IMG/VR virus record: IMGVR_UViG_3300027969_000052
Coordinates: 32,001 to 96,000 of that record
Strand: one strand, 5' to 3'
Length of the DNA: 64,000 nt
Origin: a virus
The stretch's first letter is position 1. Each line of letters starts with the position of its first letter. The notes beneath the pieces are model-generated. The model was not told the origin of the DNA. It did no database searches and saw only the letters and a program-made list of their open reading frames with translations. A program made the translations under genes and the position numbers. Below, piece by piece: positions 59,575-64,000 of the stretch.

Positions 59575-59751
59575 ATGGATCAAGAGGTAGAAGCCTTAAA
59601 AGAAGAGATCTACAGATGCAGTTGGTTTATGAGAGGTGGAGTTTCTGCAGAAACTCTCTGTTCGGTTGATATTAAGGATATTGATATTATCCAAAAACTA
59701 ATCAAACAGAACTTAGAAACTACTAAAGAAAGCGGACTAGCTTTCTTTTAA
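59575..59751 (+). CDS. gp51-like baseplate assembly peptide (absent from the ORF track; probably the frameshift extension of the upstream gene)
   Basis: MDQEVEALKEEIYRCSWFMRGGVS...LIKQNLETTKESGLAFF*; no clear SD at normal spacing. Confidence 0.7.
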   Translation: MDQEVEALKEEIYRCSWFMRGGVSAETLCSVDIKDIDIIQKLIKQNLETTKESGLAFF

Positions 59752-59760
59752 TAGTCCGCT
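59731..59760. terminator. Hairpin between convergent gene ends
   Basis: AGCGGACTA-12 nt-TAGTCCGCT; no strong U tract. Confidence 0.35.
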
Positions 59761-59767
59761 GAGTAAT

Positions 59768-60847
59768 TTACTCGCCCATATTCTTAATGGGCAGTCCTTT
59801 AATGTTTGGTTCTGGAGCAGTTACATCTTGTTGTCCAGCGGCCTTGTTAAAGGCTATCGTGTTGTCGGCAGGTACTTCTTCATCTGCTTGTGCTGGAGGA
59901 AGCCCAGCATTTTTTCTAATAGAATCTAATTGTTGCTCTGCCGAATCGAGTGATTGTTTTGCATAATCGATCACATCTTGACGACGATCTGATCTGACTA
60001 CATTTACAGTCTGCATTGCGTTGTCAATTGCCTGGCGCCCTTGGGGAACTCCGACCTTTTGTTTGTTAGAAGCAGTAGCATTTGTAGTGTTTACGTTGTT
60101 TTGCGGATCTGTCTCGTTGCTTGTTGGAGCGGCCGCATTTCTAACTGCGGCTGGAGTATCTGCAGTCGGTTCAGCTTGTCCTACTTCCGGGCTCGTCGGT
60201 TGTGCAACATCAGTCGGATCAGCTTGAGATGCTTGAGGTGCTTGTTGCACTTGAGCGCCAGCATGTTGCTGTGTTGCGGCCTTGATAGCTTTGGCAACTA
60301 TATTCATTTTTAAGGTATCGCTCGGAGCTTCAACCAACATGTTTAAAATATTACGGATACTTTCTTGGGCTGTTGGAGCAACTGCGGCTGGACTGGTTCC
60401 GGTTACACCAGGATTTCTGGCATTAGACCACACAGAAGGTTTTTGTTCTGGGGCAGGTTCCTCCATCGGTCCGCCAGCCTCCTGCGGAGTTGGATGTGTA
60501 ATATCATCGTCTGCTGGCTCGTCGACTTGAGTAGATTGAGCGATTACCTGTTTAGCATTATCTAACGGATAACCTTTCTTTTGCAAGTAAGCAAGTAGAC
60601 TTGCTTCTGTAGGTTGCTCACCTGTTTGCCCCAATAGCTTTTGATAACCAGCCATTACTTGATTAGCTAACGCACCTACATTTAGACGTCCTTGTGCTTG
60701 TGCGCTAAAGTTAGGTGTAATACCTGTTGTCTTATTGATTAAGTTACCAGTACCTGCCGCTACTTTGTTTCCTAATTTACTTAGAAAACCCATAGGCTGA
60801 GCTTCGTTAACATTACCAGATTCGTTTACAAGTTCATTAATTTGCAT
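59768..60847 (-). CDS. Low-complexity A/P/Q-rich protein, possible internal head protein (probable start ATG 60847, MQINELVNE)
   Basis: TAAATA at 60868-60873 and GGAG SD precede ATG 60847. Confidence 0.7.
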   Translation of the reverse strand: MQINELVNESGNVNEAQPMGFLSKLGNKVAAGTGNLINKTTGITPNFSAQAQGRLNVGALANQVMAGYQKLLGQTGEQPTEASLLAYLQKKGYPLDNAKQVIAQSTQVDEPADDDITHPTPQEAGGPMEEPAPEQKPSVWSNARNPGVTGTSPAAVAPTAQESIRNILNMLVEAPSDTLKMNIVAKAIKAATQQHAGAQVQQAPQASQADPTDVAQPTSPEVGQAEPTADTPAAVRNAAAPTSNETDPQNNVNTTNATASNKQKVGVPQGRQAIDNAMQTVNVVRSDRRQDVIDYAKQSLDSAEQQLDSIRKNAGLPPAQADEEVPADNTIAFNKAAGQQDVTAPEPNIKGLPIKNMGE

Positions 60848-60880
60848 TTTATAGTCTCCAACAAGGATATTTATGTTATT

Positions 60881-61331
60881 AAATGAGCTAACGCTCATTT
60901 GCTTCTGCGCTTCGCTTGAAGCATTTTTAGTTATCTAATACTACGAAGTAGTTTAACTATTATCTAGATATAATGGTCACACTTTACCCAGGTAACCGGG
61001 TAAAGAAAACTTGGCATTATCTGAGTACGCAAGTCACTTAGCGTTGTAGCATTACTGAGGCGGTCATCCTGTACCCCTAGCTACGTCTTATTATGACGGT
61101 ATGCTATTGTATATACGCTAACACATACAATAACACCGGGGTTTTTCTCCCCTCTTTTAGCTCTTATTCACTCTATTCAAATATCAAAACCGCGGCAGAT
61201 TGCGATCGTCGTCCTGTTAAGGATGGTTGATAAGTGCTCTGTACAGCGCAGAGGCTTCCGTCCCCGTTATTATCCGGTTGTCGCTAGGCACCCGATTTAA
61301 GCCGGTGCGAGCATATCCTGTAAGACTGAGC
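60881..61331 (-). ncRNA. Candidate large structured RNA, family not recognised
   Basis: ~450 nt without a credible gene; many hairpins with GU pairs that work only on the - strand; loop UUAGCG complementary to downstream CGCUAA. Confidence 0.6.
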
Positions 61332-61760
61332 CTAGATTTTGTTGATTATGTGAGAGCCATGGACACGGACTGAGATTTGTCCGTTATAGTAATCTGCTGA
61401 TTCTAATACTTTGCGGTTGAATTGTTCAAGGGCCTCGATGTAAGAGCATACTGCTTTGCTTTTGCAATAATGCAGGATCTCTCGCGTGAATTGTTCTTTG
61501 CCTAATTTTAAAACGTCTGTGTTTAATTCTAAGTTAGATCCGTAATATTCTTGCCAGTCGCTGTCAATTTTACTACGTATTTTCTTTTTCTTCTTGTTGC
61601 CGTTCTTTAACTTTACAGTCTTGTAGGTCGTTTTACTAAACTTTGCTAATTTTTTGCCAATATACATGCGCCCCGTGACGGTGTTAGTGATAAGATAAAC
61701 AAATCCAACACAGTCCTCGGGTAGTTGTTCAATGACAGTACCTTGATAAGTCCAAGACAT
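61332..61760 (-). CDS. Stand-alone GIY-YIG (Seg-like) nuclease domain protein
   Basis: GFVYLITN...YIGKK...YYGSN...FTREIL...E...YYN, with a Lys-rich insert. Confidence 0.8.
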   Translation of the reverse strand: MSWTYQGTVIEQLPEDCVGFVYLITNTVTGRMYIGKKLAKFSKTTYKTVKLKNGNKKKKKIRSKIDSDWQEYYGSNLELNTDVLKLGKEQFTREILHYCKSKAVCSYIEALEQFNRKVLESADYYNGQISVRVHGSHIINKI

Positions 61761-61954
61761 TAAGCAGTCTTGGCTTCCTTGCGGGCATTCTTGGTTGCTG
61801 TGATTTCGTTACGGCGAGCTTTGATTAGCTTGCCTAGCTCTGCTAGAGCTTTGCGTGATCGTGTACCGGCCGCATTGTTGCCGCTTTCAAATTTTGTATC
61901 TTCTGCTTCCCATGCTGTAACAGCATCTTTAATTGCTTGAATTGTTGCGCTCAT
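61760..61954 (-). CDS. Hc1 / histone-H1-like small basic protein
   Basis: GNNAAGTRSRKALAEL matches the GNKAAGTRARK-type motif. Confidence 0.75.
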   Translation of the reverse strand: MSATIQAIKDAVTAWEAEDTKFESGNNAAGTRSRKALAELGKLIKARRNEITATKNARKEAKTA

Positions 61955-62187
61955 TTAGAGACTCCTTTTTGTTTCTTTATTTCTTGCTTACGCTGTGTCT
62001 CTGCTACTTGTAGTTTCTTAGCCACTTCACGCATCTCGGTCATCAGCTGTCGCATCGTACTTAATGTTTTTCGTAAAGCAATCGTTTTTTCTTGAGACCT
62101 TCGAAGAGTCCATGCGGTTTTGATATTGTGATATTGCACAAAAGAATCCATAAACCGTTGATGTAGCTCTTCGTACTTGTTTATCAT
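61951..62187 (-). CDS. Small basic helical protein
   Basis: 78 aa; ATGA overlaps with both neighbours. Confidence 0.65.
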   Translation of the reverse strand: MINKYEELHQRFMDSFVQYHNIKTAWTLRRSQEKTIALRKTLSTMRQLMTEMREVAKKLQVAETQRKQEIKKQKGVSK

Positions 62188-63977
62188 TGCGCCTCTACGT
62201 AGTCGACATCGTTTGAGTAACTGGTAAATCCGTTTTCTTTAATTACGTGCAACACGTTATTCACCCTGCCTACTAACTCATCCTTATGACTGATCAAAAA
62301 GATATTCTTGTTACGCTCTCGCGCCATTTTCTTTAAAATAGCAAGACCTGCTTCTACACCTGCCGCATCCATTCCAGCATCGATTAACTCGTCTATGAAT
62401 AGTAAGTTAACATGTTGATACAAGTTTTCCCACACGTCTCGGAATGCCCAGCTCAATCCTAGAATTAATCTATTTCGTTCGCCTCTGCTCAAATTGTCAA
62501 AGTCTAGTTCTTGCCCTAACTGAGTAATTTGAACAGTGAGATCGTTTTGGAAAACTACAGCATGTGGTAGACCAATTTTATCAATGTAATAGCTCAAGCG
62601 TTTATTTAGGTATGTTAGGTTTTGATCAATAATCTTTTTACGGATAAAACTATCTTTGTTAGTTAACAGCTTATACAAGAACTCTTGATGTTCTTTAATT
62701 CGAGTAAGTTCGTTGATTGTGTCCCAAGTAACTTCTTGAAGGGCTGTTTTCTTTAACTCTTCAATTTGTTCTTCATACGGATTAAACTCTGTAGCCTTAA
62801 GCTCTAGATTTTGTTCGAGACTATCTAAATTATTTTTATGCCCTAGTGCTTCTGCTTCTGTGTCGTAAAAGGTTGCTGGCGGTTTAGGCAAGTTGCCTAT
62901 CTCTTTTAATCCTGTTTGAACTAGATCTAAATCAGCTTTAACCTTATTATAGTACAGGTTGGCTTCTACCAGGTACTTATTTGCCTCAGCAGTCATTTCT
63001 TCGTGCTTATGATCGTGCAACTCTTGAGCACATGCATGGCATGTCTTGTTTGCTAGACTTTCGAGTTCTTTTGTATATTTTACTAGACTTTTTTCTGCTT
63101 GGCTTGTAGCGGCTTCTAAAGTAGCACGTTGTTTAGTTAGCTCTCTTATTTTACTATTACTTTCGTTCCATGCTTTAAGTTGTGCATGGGCGGCCAGCTC
63201 TGTATCGATTTCAACACCAGCTAGCTTCATAATAGCTTTGCCTAGGTTCTCGACATCTAATTGTTGTTTATTATTCCACGCTGAACTTTTAATTCCTAGG
63301 CTATTGATGCTCTTTTGAACGTTTTCGTTAGCTGTTTTTACACCTTCAATTCGGAAATTTTCTGCTGTAATAGCATCTTTTGTTTCCTTCATTTGAATTT
63401 TAAGGTTCTCTGCCTTCTCTGAAAGCAGAGTTATGCCTAATAGTTGCTCAATGATCTCACGTTGATCCGCCGCTTTAAGACTCAAAAAAGGTTCAGTATA
63501 TGTGTTTAATGCAACCAAATGCTTAAACATCATATGGCTCATACCTAGCAATTGATCAATGAATTTTTGTGTTTCGCGGCTATCGCCCTGGCTATCATCT
63601 TCGGCAGTTTCGTCGGTTTTTTGCTCTTGATTATTAATGTACAGTTTAAGGATATTAGGTTTACGACCCCGCTCGATGCGATATCCTACACCGTCTTTCT
63701 CAAACTCAACTGTAACCAACATACCTTTGCCGTTGGTCTTGTTAATTAAGTTTTCTTTTCGAATATTTGTAAGGGCTTGCCCGTATAAAGAATAGCTTAA
63801 TGCGTTAACGATTGTAGTTTTTCCTGTGCCGTTACGGCTTCCGTTATCGTCCCCGCCCAGATCTAGGTTCTCTCCTAGTACCAGCGTAAGATGTTCTTTA
63901 CTAAAATCTACTGCTTGTGTTTGATTGCCAACACTTAAAAAGTTTTTTACAGTAATGTCTTTAATGTTAAATGTCAT
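62184..63977 (-). CDS. gp46: Rad50/SbcC-like recombination endonuclease ATPase subunit
   Basis: KNFLSVGN, NGTGKT Walker A, CHAC zinc hook, LSRGE signature, FIDE Walker B, ISH. Confidence 0.95.
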   Translation of the reverse strand: MTFNIKDITVKNFLSVGNQTQAVDFSKEHLTLVLGENLDLGGDDNGSRNGTGKTTIVNALSYSLYGQALTNIRKENLINKTNGKGMLVTVEFEKDGVGYRIERGRKPNILKLYINNQEQKTDETAEDDSQGDSRETQKFIDQLLGMSHMMFKHLVALNTYTEPFLSLKAADQREIIEQLLGITLLSEKAENLKIQMKETKDAITAENFRIEGVKTANENVQKSINSLGIKSSAWNNKQQLDVENLGKAIMKLAGVEIDTELAAHAQLKAWNESNSKIRELTKQRATLEAATSQAEKSLVKYTKELESLANKTCHACAQELHDHKHEEMTAEANKYLVEANLYYNKVKADLDLVQTGLKEIGNLPKPPATFYDTEAEALGHKNNLDSLEQNLELKATEFNPYEEQIEELKKTALQEVTWDTINELTRIKEHQEFLYKLLTNKDSFIRKKIIDQNLTYLNKRLSYYIDKIGLPHAVVFQNDLTVQITQLGQELDFDNLSRGERNRLILGLSWAFRDVWENLYQHVNLLFIDELIDAGMDAAGVEAGLAILKKMARERNKNIFLISHKDELVGRVNNVLHVIKENGFTSYSNDVDYVEAQ

Positions 63978-64000
63978 AATCCGTGATAGATATCCAGTAA
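63974..64000 (-). CDS. 3' end of the upstream gene, probably Mre11/SbcD-like gp47
   Basis: ...LLDIYHGL* overlaps the gp46 start (ATGA); identity inferred from synteny only. Confidence 0.5.
   Translation of the reverse strand, partial: LLDIYHGL

Noticed and set aside
2221-60898. ORF-track starts at 2221, 5218, 56182 and 60898
   Set aside because: These are longest-ORF extensions overlapping neighbours or promoters; 2344, 5296, 56131 and 60847 fit promoters, SDs or family N-termini better.
60881-61331. Group I/II intron, tmRNA, RNase P, tRNA or pistol ribozyme identity for the structured region
   Set aside because: No interrupted gene, domain V, GAGGAAAGUCC or T-arm/CCA was found. The UUAGCG/CGCUAAG pseudoknot recalls pistol, but the linkers are far too long. 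Not excluded without cmscan.
1-64000. Stop-codon reassignment
   Set aside because: Core genes are intact and densely packed under the standard code, and TAA, TAG and TGA all end credible genes.

Overview
A 64-kb morphogenesis region of a large T4-like myovirus (host not determinable from this window). Left to right it holds the 5' part of the tail sheath gene, dNMP kinase, a LysM-M23 peptidase, neck/terminator genes (gp13, gp14, gp15), a NUDIX hydrolase, a four-gene cassette ending in a U32-methyltransferase fusion, three fibre genes (833, 4439, 2315 aa), a 3268-aa virion protein, head genes (gp23, gp22, gp21, gp20), tape measure, gp26/gp51-like chaperones, a ~450-nt structured non-coding stretch, a GIY-YIG gene, an Hc1-like gene and gp46/gp47. 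Many genes are preceded by a TAAATA late-promoter core. The most striking observation is that the 3268-aa protein carries 15 repeats of ~142-166 aa that align by eye with phycobiliprotein subunits, each keeping the bilin-attachment motif C-x-R-D. Other notable signals are the large pseudoknotted RNA candidate behind the GIY-YIG gene, a likely -1 frameshift fusing the gp26-like and gp51-like ORFs, an AUU start for gp15, and an RBS-occluding hairpin split by a late promoter. All homology calls are by motif recognition; no searches were run.
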